This document shows, one piece after another, positions 1 to 14,197 of a stretch of 64,000 nucleotides of DNA (position 1 is its first letter; the number at the start of each line of letters is the position of its first letter). The stretch comes from Eledone cirrhosa. Taxonomy: Eukaryota. The stretch is taken from positions 135,160,001-135,224,000 of the forward strand of contig OZ024742.1 in assembly GCA_964016885.1 (NCBI GenBank), given 5' to 3'. The notes beneath the pieces were generated by a model that saw only the letters and a program-made list of their open reading frames with translations, did not search any database and had not been told where the DNA came from. A program made the translations under genes and the position numbers.

Positions 1-2763
1 ACACTTGTTTTTAGCAAGATAGGACTTAAAGTAGAGATGGAACCCAATAGAAAAGTAGTGAACTTCCTGGACACCACCCTCAACCTCAACACCAAGCTAT
101 ACCACCCATATCATGAACCCAATGAGAAGCCGGTGTATATCAACGCTGGGTCCAATCACCCTAGATCTATAGTTAAGGCCATAGTTAAGAGTGTCTCTGA
201 CATGATCTCTAACTTGCCTGCCAATCAAGAGATCTTCAATAATAATGCTGATTATTATAACTCAGCGCTAGCTAAGGCGTCCCACAGCCATAGGATCAGC
301 TATAACCCTAAGGGACATGATCGCGATGACCCAGGGGTGCCCCGGGCCAATATCCTCAGGGGCATGAGTCGCCCACCTAATACCACGGTGACCAGTAGTA
401 ATACTCCCAGAGCCCTAACCGCCACAAACTGCGGTAGAAGGTCCCGCATACCCCACCGTTCTAATACCTACAACACTGAGGACCACTGTAATGCGGAGCA
501 TAGGGACCCCTGCACCGGCCCCACCACCCGCCGAACCCTCATAGAGCCGGGAGGCCGCACCGTGCAGTTTTATAGCCCCACGGTGGGTCCATATACCCCT
601 CATGATAGTGACCATTCTGCACACCTTAGTAACACCAACCGAGCTCGCCTTGAGCTGTGAACAACCCCGCGATTGACCACGGCAGTAACCCAACAACTCC
701 GCAAGAATAGGACCAGGAAGGTCACATGGTATACCCCCCCCCCCCACCGTACTCGGTGGGTCTACGTACCGGCCTGGCTAGATCATTATTTAGAGTACTG
801 GATAAATGTTTCCCTAGGGCCCATAGGAACCATAACATATTCAACAGACACACGGTGAAACTTTCCTACTCAACCACACGCTCCGTAGCCCAGCACGTAG
901 CCGGCATAAATAGGAATTGGCTCACTGCCTCTAATACTACCGTAAACCCCGGAGCCACCCAACGGAACCACGTCGTGGGACACATCAGGCCCCTACAGGC
1001 CCAACAAGCACAGCGGAACCCAACGACCCTGTGCTGAATGCGGCGGCTACACAGCCAACCCCGTGTGATGGTAACCCCGCGGTACATGTGCAGGGGCTTA
1101 AAAAGTCATGCAATTGCAAAGACCCATCACTATGCCGCCTTAGTAATGAATGCATGACGAAAAACGCAATCTACAGGTGCAAGGTCACAACCCCTAACTC
1201 GGAGCACCACTACATAGGATCCGCGGCGACGAGCTTCAATGATAGGTAGTATAACCATCGCCACTCCTTTAACAGAATAGAAAAGAAGAAATGTACAGCC
1301 GTTTCTGAATTGATCTGGAAGCTCAATCTTGAAAAGACCCCGCACTCTTTGGTCTGATCCGTGGTTAGAAAGGTTCCCCCAGACAGAGGTGGGTCTGGTA
1401 TTTGCAACCTCTCTTTAGTGAGACACTGGAGATACTTCATGGCGGAACCAAGCTATTAAACAGTGGAGCCAACTTATTCGGCGCCTGCAGACACCTAACG
1501 ACGGGAACTTTCCTCAAGCTATATGACTAAACCCCGGTTATGGCCTCCCAAAGCGCCCCCCACCCCGTAGGTCCCCTACACCCCGTACCAATGACCAATG
1601 GGCAACAACACCCACCCATAGTTTGTGGTCCCTCGGGTGGATTGTCCACCGGATTCTCTACTGGTTAGGAGTCATCAAAACCACGTCTTCTGAACCTAAT
1701 GACCCCCGCCTCCCGGGAGTGGCCCACACAGGAAGAGCGATTATCCTAAGGTACTAACCCTATACGCATGAATGAGTGCCCGCAACCGTGCGTTGTGTGT
1801 GTATACTGGAATATGGTGAATGTACGCACTTATGTGAACGCAACGAAATACTAATACCCCAGGTTGCATTTGAAAAATGTTCGAGTGTATGCTTAAGCGT
1901 ATATTTGTGTATGCTCTCTTGTATGATTGCACATGTGTATATAGACATACACACGCATCCAGAGGTATACATGTCTGTACTGAGGGATTCGCCTAAGCTC
2001 CAAAGCCCCTAGGCTATTGCTGTGAAGATATATATCACTCTCTACTTTTGTCTAGTCTAAACAATACCTTTTCCAAACACCCACTTAACCTTTCTTTAAA
2101 AATAACACCCACCTCGTTTTATGCCTGCCATTTACTTGGATTTGGGGGCCTCTTTTGTGTATATATACGTACTTGTGTGTACATACATATATATACACAT
2201 CTGTATGGATTTGTATGTGTAGATGTGTGTATGTCTGTGGGGGTGGGTGTGAGTGTATGAGCAAGTCAACCAACATAAGTATTTTTATATGCAAGCCTTC
2301 TAAGTATTTGGCTCTAACCATAATTTTCAGTAGTACCACCCCACATAAATTCCTCAATTTCAGAATGACCTGTAGTACCGATTTTCATACTATAAACCTC
2401 AATTCAATATATATCTGACCAGGAATGCTTTTTGTAAAAATCAGTCATATGGAACTATTGTCATCTTGCCTGACGGTTTGAACTTTACAACACCACCGAC
2501 CTCTTTGAGGTCAAGTACCAATTCTACTAGGATCTACAAACTGACCAATGAGAATTAAGATTATTCCTGCTGACAACATTAAATTATCCCTAACAAGCTC
2601 AAATGTCCCAAGGCTCTGAAACCATCAACACAAAAACATAGAGCTGGCATATCTAAGAACTGACTAACTGCCTGATGAGGTCATAGCCATACAATGGCTA
2701 TCATCGAAATATATATAGCAGTAAATAAAAGATTATGAGTTCATGCAATTGACTTATGTTTCG

Positions 2764-2770
<7 letters not shown>
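1..2770 (+). mobile_element. Penelope-like element (Hydra-clade-like), decayed: RT thumb + GIY-YIG (1-~1530), long 3' UTR with HHR, ends at (TA)n
   Basis: VNFLDTTLNL, YINAGSNHPRSI, RKVTWYTPP, IFNRHTVKLSYS, CNCKDPSLCRLSNEC, AIYRCKV..HYIGSAATSFNDR. Stops (658, 1247) and frameshifts. HHR at 2667-2722, then AATAAA and (TA)n. Confidence 0.92.
2667..2722 (+). ncRNA. Minimal type-I hammerhead ribozyme
   Basis: ACTGC-CTGATGA(2672)-stem II ATAGCCAT/ATGGCTAT-GAAA(2706)-palindromic TATATA-TA-GCAGT. Confidence 0.88.
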
Positions 2771-2808
<38 letters not shown>

Positions 2809-2907
2809 TAGAAATATAAGCTTTCAGCGTATTATTGACTAAATAAATTGTTTAGCCTGATAGTGGGGTTTAGAACCGTCAGAGAAATGGAAAAAGATGA
2901 GTATTGA

Positions 2908-3038
<131 letters not shown>

Positions 3039-4930
3039 CATATATATACATACATATATATATACATATATATTGTTGTGGGTATGTCTGTGCATGTGTG
3101 GGTGTGGGTGTTTGTGTGTGAATGAAACTATATATGTGGAAGTATGAGTGTATATATATATATATAATTTTGTTGAACACATCTTGCCATTTAATACGCA
3201 ATGTTTTGCCATGCAAACCTTTTTATATATAATCAAGTATAAGTGTAAATAAACAATCACATATACGTACAGATATAACTGTTCACATTAATAAATACAC
3301 ACACAAATCCCCTTTAAACTCTTTACTATAGAATGTGAGATACATACACACATGCATGCCCACCCCCAACATCCACATCGTTTAACTGATACAGAAATCT
3401 AAAAGATTTAACAACCACCCAAGCTTACAGCTGTCTCTTAGGAAACAACTCACTCATTGCCAGTGACAGAGATTGGAGGGTTCGCTCTAATTCCCATCAA
3501 CTGATGGACACAGTTCCCTTCCCCAGTCATATAGCATGATAATATCTTAGTGTCACGTGTATAGAGATATATATTTATCTGTCATCAACGTTTGACTATA
3601 TAACTGGTTATCATTTATTTCCATGCCATATGCATTATAAGCCTTCACACGCGTGTGTCTGTATGTGTATCTACATCAGTGTGTATCTTATTCTATTTAT
3701 GTATGCATGGCTAAATATATATGTGTGTAGTTGAAGGCCATCACTGTAATGGCTAAAACAAAGAAAATTGCTTTTGTGTTTGCGTTCAATATGGGTTTGC
3801 ATCTGTTCAGATAAATGCTTCTATGTTTATGTGTGTACTTTATCTGATTGTGTGTGTAGAAGAGTATATCTTCACACACAAAGATATATATGATTTTGTG
3901 TGTGTTTGTGTGTGTGCCAGAATGTGTTTAAGCCTGTATTAGCGAAGAGGTATACGTGTTTGCACGCATCTTGGCTACATAGTTGACGTTTATATTTCGA
4001 TACCACTGCTGGAAAAATTAGGGTGTGAGTTTTATCCCAAATTCTGGGCTGCCCTGCCATGTGAATGAATTTCAAAGCTCATCAGAATGAATCACTAAAT
4101 CTAAGATCTAACCCGGTCACATGCAGATTTTTATAGGGTTATGTCATAGTTAAAACTGCCTGTGGAATAACCAACAACTTCTCACGCTAATTAAATGAGA
4201 TGGAAGTTCAGGCAATGGATTTGATGAAATTCTCATCTTTGAAACCAATGGATATTAATTTCCTGTTTTGCATGTGCATATGTAAGTGACGTCAATATCT
4301 TGAAACTTACACACATACGCTCGCAATTACTTCCATAACCCTAGCCACTTTCACCCTACCTATTCCGCTGTCACCCCTGCGAGAACATTCACTAGTAGGG
4401 TCATTCCTAAGGCTCTATACTGTCAGAATCATACCCATGCACGCACACACACACACACACACACAGACACACACACACACATACGTGCGCACACTCAAGC
4501 GTAATAGCTGCGTTTTTTTTTTTTCATTTTCAGCTAGATGTTTTCGATCACCGCCTTTTAAACAAGATCAACTCATAAAACAACAGCTTATACAACAGTT
4601 TTCCAGGAGATGGCGACTTACATGGATCTGTTCATGCTATCGTTCTATTTTCATATGTAGGACTAGCGTCCGATACGTTAAGTCTCTTTTCCTACTATAT
4701 CAAGCATAATATTAATAATTTATTTCTGTGTCGTTTGCTTTGTTATTTCTGTTTTCCTTTTCCGTATATATACATATGTGTGTGTGCGTATAAATGTGTG
4801 TATGTATATGTATGTATGAACCTATGTAAGGGTGTGTGTAGGAGTGTATTTGTCTCTGTATTTATCAGTTATCAAAAGCTATGTAATTAGCAACTGGAGC
4901 TTCATGCGAATAACATCTACTATTACATTG

Positions 4931-5020
<90 letters not shown>

Positions 5021-5622
5021 GATACATCAAAGTGAATTTAATCTAAATCAAAATTATGGGTGTCATGCCAGAAAGGCATGCGCCATATCACCCTGATATT
5101 TTGGATATATATATATATAAATACGGCTCCTTAATTGTAGAGCTAACTCAGTTAAAAGGACTTGACTGCTGTTTCTAGTTGTCGATAACCCTATTCACGC
5201 CACTGGGACGAAGCTGGTATGATGTGTGTATTTTTAGTAGATACAGCACGTGTTACTTGCCAGTCGCTGATTTGAACTTTACGCGTAAACACAGAAGGCT
5301 GGACTTCTTCCTTGTTGAATATCCAAGTATCGGCCTCCGTGGTTTACCATTCGATTAATTGGTGAAATATATGTCTTTAATGGAATATATACAGGGAACA
5401 GCAATCATATTATAAGGTATCTATTTTTGAAGTTCTAGTTAACTTTATTTAGTTACCTACCTAGCTATGTGTGCTTACACACTTTTAAAAAGTATCCCCT
5501 GTTATTGTTTCATGTTTATTTATATGTTAATCAATTTCTAGTTGTTATATATATATATATATATATTTGGTTTCTGAATTTGTTTAGCAATATTCTTTAT
5601 CTGAAAACGTGTGTTGAAACCG

Positions 5623-5979
5623 ATATTGTTATACTTTGGGAGGGACATGTTGCCAATAAGAAACACACGCACCAGTTGCTTTCACTTCAATTTATTATAA
5701 TAAATTTATTAATTTAGGAATATATAAATTTCCGGTTGGTTGGTCCCACAACCAGATGGTTGTTTATATATTGTCAAAGTTCTTTAGTCACACATTTTGT
5801 GACCTCTTCAGTGACTGGGGATTATTTTCTTTGTTTTTTGTGCCTCTCCTTTGTTCTGTCCTACGCCATCTTGATTTTGTGTGTGACAACACACACACAT
5901 TTATAAATTTATTATAATAAATTGAAGTGAACGCATGGTGCGTGTGTTTCTTATTGGCAACATGACCCTCCCAATGTAT

Positions 5980-5987
<8 letters not shown>
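5623..5987. repeat. Fold-back element: ~85-bp inverted arms with a degenerate HHR-like motif in the spacer; PLE-end-like
   Basis: 5623-5709 is near reverse complement of 5903-5987. Minus strand 5773-5815 reads GTCA-CTGAAGA-GGTCACA..TGTGAC-TAAA..TGAC. Related sequence at ~50575-50830. Confidence 0.7.
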
Positions 5988-6038
<51 letters not shown>

Positions 6039-6622
6039 ATGTATTAATTTTAACGTGTTAGATGCTCGCTTTTAAGTGATCGGTTTATGTTTGATATATT
6101 GTAATCCTATTTTAATTAAGAAAAGTCAATTTAGTATGTAAATATACAAATGACAATAAAAAAAATTGTGTTTCATTCTGAACTTTATATTGTATAGCAA
6201 TTCGTTAATAATAGCCGCACAAGTTATATGCTTCGTATGGAAAGGCAAACAATACATTTTATATCCGTCTATAGGAGTGAAAATTGTCTCCGCGAAACAC
6301 AGTTTAGAACAAACATCTAGAGGTTTTGTTCGAAAAAAAAAAGAGTGGATTTTTCCAATTTTTTATCTGTGTACATGATTCGACAACATACATCGACCAA
6401 AGTTATTAATGTTTTATCATTCTCTCTCCATTACTGTCAATCTTTTATCTATTTTCTCTATGTATGTATGTATATAAATATATGTAAATATAAATAGAGA
6501 GAGAATGAAATGTTAAAAGCAGAGCTTATAACTACCTCTACGCCTACTCTGTTTCTTCCAATACATAGAGTACTACACTAATTTTTCCTCTCCTTATTCT
6601 CCACACCGCAGGGTCTCTTTCC

Positions 6623-6709
<87 letters not shown>

Positions 6710-6751
6710 GTACGTGTGTATGGGTGTATGTCAATATATTTATATATATAA

Positions 6752-6805
<54 letters not shown>

Positions 6806-7240
6806 ATGTGTGTGTGTGTGTGTGCGCGCATGTGTTTCCTTCCTTGGACCCCCAAGAATAAACTATCTACCATCTTAGTTTCTGACAAACTCCTTTAAAG
6901 TGCTTAAGTTTTTTAGATAATTTCCTTACTCTTCAAGTCACTGCCATATTACACGTACAAGCATATGAGATTATAAATTAATTCAACCACATATTCTACG
7001 TACGCTTGTTTCAAAGTTTCTAGCGGAGAGAAATCCGGAAGTCGGGATTTGCCTCCCATGTTATAGAATAGAGGCTCTCCAAACACACATTTAGTGGGCA
7101 TTCGTAATGTTGTCCTGATGCCTGAGGAGTGTTAGTATTTAAACGGCCCATCCACTAAATGTGGTGACCATCAATGGAACCCAAATCGTAATGCCCCGCT
7201 TATATTTCAATGGTATGAAATTTTATTTATACTACATATA

Positions 7241-7367
<127 letters not shown>

Positions 7368-7424
7368 CTTCAAAATATTAACAAAATAGATATTCTTGTG
7401 ATCAGGGTATGTCATGTATCATTT

Positions 7425-7490
7425 TATTTTATCTGATGAGGTCGTACTGTTGAATTAACTCAGTACCTCTGAAATATGTATAATAAAATA
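7425..7490 (+). ncRNA. Minimal hammerhead ribozyme inside a short inverted-repeat element
   Basis: TATTTTAT-CTGATGA(7433)-GTACTG/CAGTAC stem II-GAAA(7471)-TATGTA-TA-ATAAAATA, with a perfect 8-bp stem I. Flanked by a 33-bp IR (7372-7404/7495-7527). Confidence 0.88.
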
Positions 7491-7637
7491 TAATTGATTA
7501 CAAGAATATCTATTTTGTTAATATTTTTAATTAATATTAATAACTCTGGAAAATAATTTTTAGCAGTTGCGTGCTTCCAATCTATTGTAAAACTCATTCT
7601 TTGATGTATTCATTGAACCTTGTTTAACTCTTAAATA

Positions 7638-7685
<48 letters not shown>

Positions 7686-7717
7686 TAGATATATATGTGT
7701 GTGTGTGTGTGTGTGTA

Positions 7718-7784
<67 letters not shown>

Positions 7785-8111
7785 ATGTATGTATATGCAA
7801 CACATTTATATATATGCTACATATATAATTCATTGAATCAACATCTTTATATGGCAGATGATTCTATATATAATAAATTTCATCTCGCCTCCCATTGCAG
7901 CAGAGTGATCATCATCGCTATTCTGTTTGAAAGAGTTATATATGTATCTCATTATAGCTTGCAAAGGTTGTCGTGACTTCGAAGTTATGACGTCATCCCC
8001 ACTCATCCCATCGTCCTATTCGTCGCAATGCCAGCCAGAGCGGCGTAGTCTTAGGGAGTATTCTCATATTAAATTAGAATTGAAACCGCATCGTTGCATC
8101 GAATCCATTGT

Positions 8112-8655
8112 AGGTAGTGGTAGTGGTGGTGGTGGTAGTGGTGGTGGTGGTGGTGGTGGTGGTGGTGGTGGTGATGATGGTGCTGATAGTGATGGTGATG
8201 GTAGTGGTGGTGGTGGTGGTGGTGGTGGTGGTGGTGGTGGTGGTGGTGGTGGTGGTGGTGGTGATGGTGCTGATAGTGATGGTGATGGTAGTGGTGGTGG
8301 TGGTGGTAGTGGTGGTGGTGGTGGTGGTGGTGGTGATGATGGTGCTGATAGTGATGGTGATGGTAGTGGTGGTGGTGGTGGTGGTAGTGGGGGTGATGGT
8401 GGTGGTTGGGGTAGTGGTGGTTGCGGTTTGTGGTGGTGGTGGTGGTTGCGGTGGTGGTTGCGGTGGTGATGGTAATGATGGTGGTTGTGGTGGTGGTGGT
8501 GATGGTGGCTGTGGTGGGGGTGATGGCGGTGGTGGTGTTGATGATGGTGGTGATGTTGGTGGTGGTAACGGTAGTGGTGATGGTGGTGGTGGTCGTGGTT
8601 GTGATGGTGGTGGTGGCGGTTGTTGTGCTGATGGTGGTGGTGGTGGTGGGGATGA
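8112..8655. repeat. (GGT)n compound microsatellite
   Basis: GGT array with three copies of a GATGGTGCTGATAGTGATGGTGATGGTAGT interruption. Confidence 0.95.
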
Positions 8656-9096
8656 TGTGTGCTGTTGGGGAAGGTGAGGTTAGTATTTGTGGGATGTCTT
8701 GGGTGACGCTGGGATTTGGTCGCATTGCCGAATATCGAAAAATCTTTCTCTACAACACTCACCGTTTCCATTCAATGATACTATTACCTACATTATGAAC
8801 ATATTTATTAGTTTATAGCTATAACAATGCAATCTATGATCTTTCTGCCCTGCGAGCTACGTTGCATTAGTTCAGCCAATCCTATTGCACATCGGGCTAA
8901 GCGAAATGCTGAAATTAATGTCGGAACACGAAGAATGATTGCAATATATGAAAAATTAGCAAACACTTCATATTTTATTGAAAGGAATAAATGAAATCTA
9001 ATCGAATATGCGAACCAAGACAACAATGCTGCTATACAAGAGAGTGTGCGAAACAACCTAACTCTTGCATGTTTAGATGTGTGTCCGTGTATGTGC

Positions 9097-9181
<85 letters not shown>

Positions 9182-9282
9182 GTGTGTGTGTATAGATGTG
9201 TAAATGTATATATATGTACATATAAATGTATATATTTATTTATATATATACACATACACATACACGCACACACATACATACT

Positions 9283-9326
<44 letters not shown>

Positions 9327-9487
9327 ATGATATTTGTGCATATATCTATATACACATACGCAAATACATGGATCTCTCTTTCTTGGACCGCATTGTGTTC
9401 TGCTCTGTGAGGTATTCTATTATCACGTTGGGTATATGTTACCCTTGAGGTATAAAACAAATTCACCGTTCAAATCTTCCTCCGCCT

Positions 9488-9555
<68 letters not shown>

Positions 9556-9655
9556 ACTGCTACTACTGCTGCTGTTGCTGCTGCTACTGCCCCGGCGGCG
9601 GCGATGGCTGCTGTGGCTGCTCCCCCCCCCCATCCTCCTCCTCCTCATCCTTCTC

Positions 9656-9718
<63 letters not shown>

Positions 9719-9758
9719 TTACTACTACTACTACTACTACTGCTACTACTGCTACTAC
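9488..9758. repeat. (ACT)n/(GCT)n/(CCT)n microsatellite
   Basis: Direct reading. Confidence 0.95.
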
Positions 9759-9957
9759 AATGATCATAATTTTGTTATTTATCTTGTATTCTATTTAGGT
9801 TCTTCGTATCCAAAACCTATTTCCTCTCTAAGATGTAATAGAACCAATGAATTAACAGCGTGTAATATGTATCCATATCTATTTACCGAGATTTCGGTGT
9901 TCAACTTGCCTTCTGATCAAATTTGTAATTCTCCGTTCACTGTTCAATAACATGAAA

Positions 9958-10065
<108 letters not shown>

Positions 10066-10406
10066 AGTCTCTCTGTGTGTGCGTGCAAATAAAATAGAAC
10101 ATATATGTATGGATATGTGTGCATATATATAAATATATATAACATTCTAAGTCTACCACTACAGTTACTATAAACAATTTTTCACCCCTGAAAAAGCAAC
10201 ACATGGTGTTTATGTCTGTTAAATATATTTGCTATTATGGTTTCAGTGGTTTTCACCAAGAAGATGTATAACACTGACGGAACATTAGCCCAATGTTTCT
10301 TCCTACATCTATGCATTGATGATTAAATGTTCTACTAATATTTCTTCCAGTTCTTGTATAGTCCTGAGCAAACCTTCTGAAATATTTTCCATTAACCGTA
10401 TCATTG

Positions 10407-10592
10407 TTTCTACTTTTGGCACAAGGCCAGCAATTACCCCAGTGCATTAATGGTGCTTTATCTTATCGACCCCGTCAAGATGAAAGACAAAGCTAACCTC
10501 GGTGGGATTTGAACTGAGATCGTAAAGGGACATAACTCTGTGCTGTAAAGAATGGTGTCTGGCGCTCCACCGATGCTGCCAATCCACCGCCA
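10407..10592 (-). mobile_element. tRNA-derived SINE (family A), near full length
   Basis: Minus strand has an A-box-like TGGCAGCATCGG, B-box-like TTCAAATCCC and a body CGAGGTT..CTTTCATC..GGGGTCGATAA shared with copies at 16577, 23674, 23790, 31328, 51558. Confidence 0.85.
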
Positions 10593-11725
10593 TTAACTGT
10601 ATAATGCTAGATGATATGCCTAACAACATAGATGAAATATAATCTAATAAATGTTCAGTTCTTCCTCCATCGAAGGTGAAGCATACACACATTTCTTTTT
10701 CCAGACTTCCCGATTTCTCTTCGCAGCAAGATAATCCCGTCCAATGGGGAGAGTGTCCTTTGCTAGCAGAGATCTGGTGGTTATTTTTGGGCGTCCTATT
10801 AATCATTCAATATCTGGTGACCAATGAAACCATTTCACTGCAGGTTCGTCATGGAGGTAACTATGACCAGCAAGACCCAAGCGAGGGGATTGAACCTTCG
10901 ATAAATCTCGTGACAGATCAGCATAGTAAACTTTGTTGGTAGTGTATATTTGCCACGAAATATTAAACTTCACGCGTAATATCTTCTGTAGGAAACACCA
11001 AATCTCCTTGAGCGAATGGCACTGAGGTTCCAGGATTCGGAACCATATAGTAAGATAGCTTCGAACGTAATGTCTTCCAATATGACATAAATAAAGATAT
11101 AATGACAGATTAAATGACGCCCAATACAAAGTGTAATGATAACTTATATGTCTTATAGTAAAAGTACGATGAAGGCTGCCATATCTTTCAATATGTTTGA
11201 AAACATTTCCAATACATGTTTGATGAAATGTCTTCCGATATGGTTAAAACGATGTCTAATAAAGTCATAGTGATGAACGAAAAATGCCTTCCTAATATCA
11301 CAGAAATATCTTCCAGTATGATTGAAATATCTTCTAATAAGGACATAATGATTACTTATGTGTCGTGCAACAGCGTCATAATGAAGAATGAAATGCATTC
11401 CAGTAAATGTATAATGAAGGCTAATATATATACCATTTTTGTGTAATGCGATTCAATACGGTTGGAGTGTCTTCTAATAACGGAATAATGATGGCAGACG
11501 TGAAATCCAATACGGCACAAATGTTCTTCAATAATCTTAATAAGTGTATAATTCGCTTCTGTCAATTATAATTCAAATGAAATAAAACTTTAAATTTATA
11601 ATGCATGAGAACCTGTCAACTACATGAGAACAAGGAAACCTCTATATGGCTAGGTGGCATGACAGAAATAACGGTCAAAACCTAACGTCTTTTAAAAGGA
11701 CGTAAATTTGATTATTGCTGTTTAG

Positions 11726-11800
<75 letters not shown>

Positions 11801-11952
11801 TATATATATATATATATATATGCAAAAGTTCTATTTAAAATTGTTGGGATACAACAAGTAAATATTTTTATAACTGATATAAAGCACTCGACAAGTATTT
11901 GGAGTAGATATACGATATTAATAAATGGAAACTATATTTATAAAACCATATT

Positions 11953-12017
11953 TATTTCATTATACATATTTCAGGGATACCAAATTAAATTATGGTATGC
12001 CTTCATCAGACACAATA
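11953..12017 (-). ncRNA. Minimal hammerhead ribozyme
   Basis: Reverse complement: CTGATGA-AGGCATACCA..TGGTATCCCT-GAAA-TATGTA-TA-ATGAAATA. Confidence 0.82.
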
Positions 12018-13202
12018 CAATATATAACAGTTTTACAAATAAGCTTTGACGTACCCTTTTAAAATGCAACCATTGTTTTTGGAAGCCATCCGGATAGTGA
12101 TTTGTTTATATTACTTTAATAAGTCATAATGTTAAGGACAATTAGAAAAAGACGGAGAGAAAGAAAAAGACGGAGAGAAAGAAAAAACGTGGAGAAATAT
12201 CGGAGAGAGAGAGATGCATGGAGAAAAAAGAAAGAGATAAGTAAATACAGGAGGAAAGGAAGAAATAAGAAAAAAGGAAGAAATAAGAAAAACAGAGGAA
12301 ATCAACAGAGAGATATTAAGTCATCAGACAGATAGAAAAACTCAAGAGAGAGAAATATTATATAGAGAGAGAGGGAGATTATGAAAACTTTACGTCATGT
12401 TATATTAAGTTGTGTTAACAATTCATATGAAATGAATAATAAAAATATAAATATTAATATTCATGAATGGGTCATAAATATATAATATGAGAAATTAAAC
12501 ACTGTTTAATAATGACTATATGTTTAGTTTAAAACCTGAGATCAATATACCAAAATGTGAGTTTAATCTCCAAAATTTACACATTGCTAGAGAAGTCAGT
12601 ATCTTAGGCAGAGACACACAAATATATATATATATATATATACGCACGTCCTGAAAATAGAAATTATATTTACTCAAGTCAACAATATAGACATATAAAA
12701 CGCAGACGATTTCTCTTAATCACTGCAATACATTCCTTGTGTTATAAAAAGTTCACAGTATATATACATACATATATACGATTAACATTCATGTCTTCAT
12801 ATATATGATTACCATTGATGCATTTAACATTTTGTTAAAATTATGCATATCTGCAATCCAAACTGCGTGGTTATGCAACATAACTCTTACCCACACACAT
12901 ACATACACACACACATATACATATACACCTATATATGTATAAATAAATATCTGCGTGCGTCTTCACGCATCACTCGTGTATACATACAGATATATATACA
13001 ATTATTTCTTTTTTCTCCATGCATCTCTCTCTCTCCGATATGTCTCCAAGTTTTTTCTTTCTCTCCGGCTTTTTCTAATTGTCCTTAACACTATGACTTA
13101 TTAAAGTAATATAAACAAATCACTATCCGGATGGCTTCCAAAAACAATGGTTGCATTTTAAAAGGGTACGTCAGAGCTTATGTGTAAAACTGTTATATAT
13201 TG

Positions 13203-13267
13203 TATTTTGTCTGATGAAGGCATACCATAATTTAATTTGGTATCCCTGAAATATGTATAATGAAATA
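13203..13267 (+). ncRNA. Minimal hammerhead ribozyme (inverted copy of 11953-12017)
   Basis: TATTTTGT-CTGATGA(13211)..GAAA(13248)-TATGTA-TA-ATGAAATA. Confidence 0.84.
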
Positions 13268-13306
13268 AATATGGTTTTATAAATATAGTTTCCATTTATT
13301 AATATC

Positions 13307-13369
<63 letters not shown>

Positions 13370-13548
13370 ACAATGAGGAATCAGTAATGTATCAAAACAC
13401 AATTTATTAACATAATACATATGTTTCTCCGACGATCAGCTCAAGGCAGGATCTGTTACAGATCGAACCTGACTCTGCATTCGCAAGTTCCTCTGATATG
13501 TCTTGCGTTTTCAAAGCATTCCATCCGATATATATATATATATGTACA

Positions 13549-13588
<40 letters not shown>

Positions 13589-13589
13589 G

Positions 13590-14149
13590 GGGTAACAAAT
13601 AATAGTTAAATGCAGTCCACTTAGGTAAAGTCCAGTTATGGTATTCCAGGTAGTGGATGAAATTGTCGGCTGCTAAAACCTATAGTACAGGGATGTCCCA
13701 CTGCGGGCTGTGTGATCTTGAGCTATTGTATATCCTCAAAAATGTAAAAAGGCTACTTAACAATAAGTTAGAAAGATCTATCTTCTGCAGACATAGAATT
13801 GCCACTAAATTCATAAGATTCAAACCTCCGTGAATCGAACCAACATAACATAGCTTTAAATTAGGATACCTACTACCCACAGAAATATGTCATTAAGTAT
13901 ACTATATCCTTCACAAGTCTATACCACACAAATGTCTGTAAGTACCTCATCTACCCACAAACTTATTCCTTCTCAGCTGCTGCCATCATTTGATCCTAAA
14001 TCCTAGTTTTTCTCAAATCACTACTACAATGTAACTTTACCTTCCTTTTGCCATAATTACAATAGCACGCTTATCTCTTTGCATGTATGTATATTTTTGT
14101 ACGAGTGTATATTGATGTGTATGTATGTATCTATGTACACATGCATGTG

Positions 14150-14197
<48 letters not shown>

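Larger units (their letters stand above)
11830..13310 (-). mobile_element. Non-coding PLE 3' end/pseudo-LTR copy with an inverted partial duplicate, between two (TA)n tracts
   Basis: ~11908-12250 is reverse complement of ~13000-13310. Clearly homologous to the 3' end of the PLE at 40303-44215. Confidence 0.85.

Noticed and set aside
658-660. In-frame TGA in the first PLE as possible selenocysteine
   Set aside because: Lies in an unconserved linker, and the element has other stops and frameshifts, so ordinary decay
7927-8798. Gly-rich, His-rich and Pro-rich ORFs
   Set aside because: (GGT)n microsatellite open in nearly all frames on both strands; no domain or splice evidence
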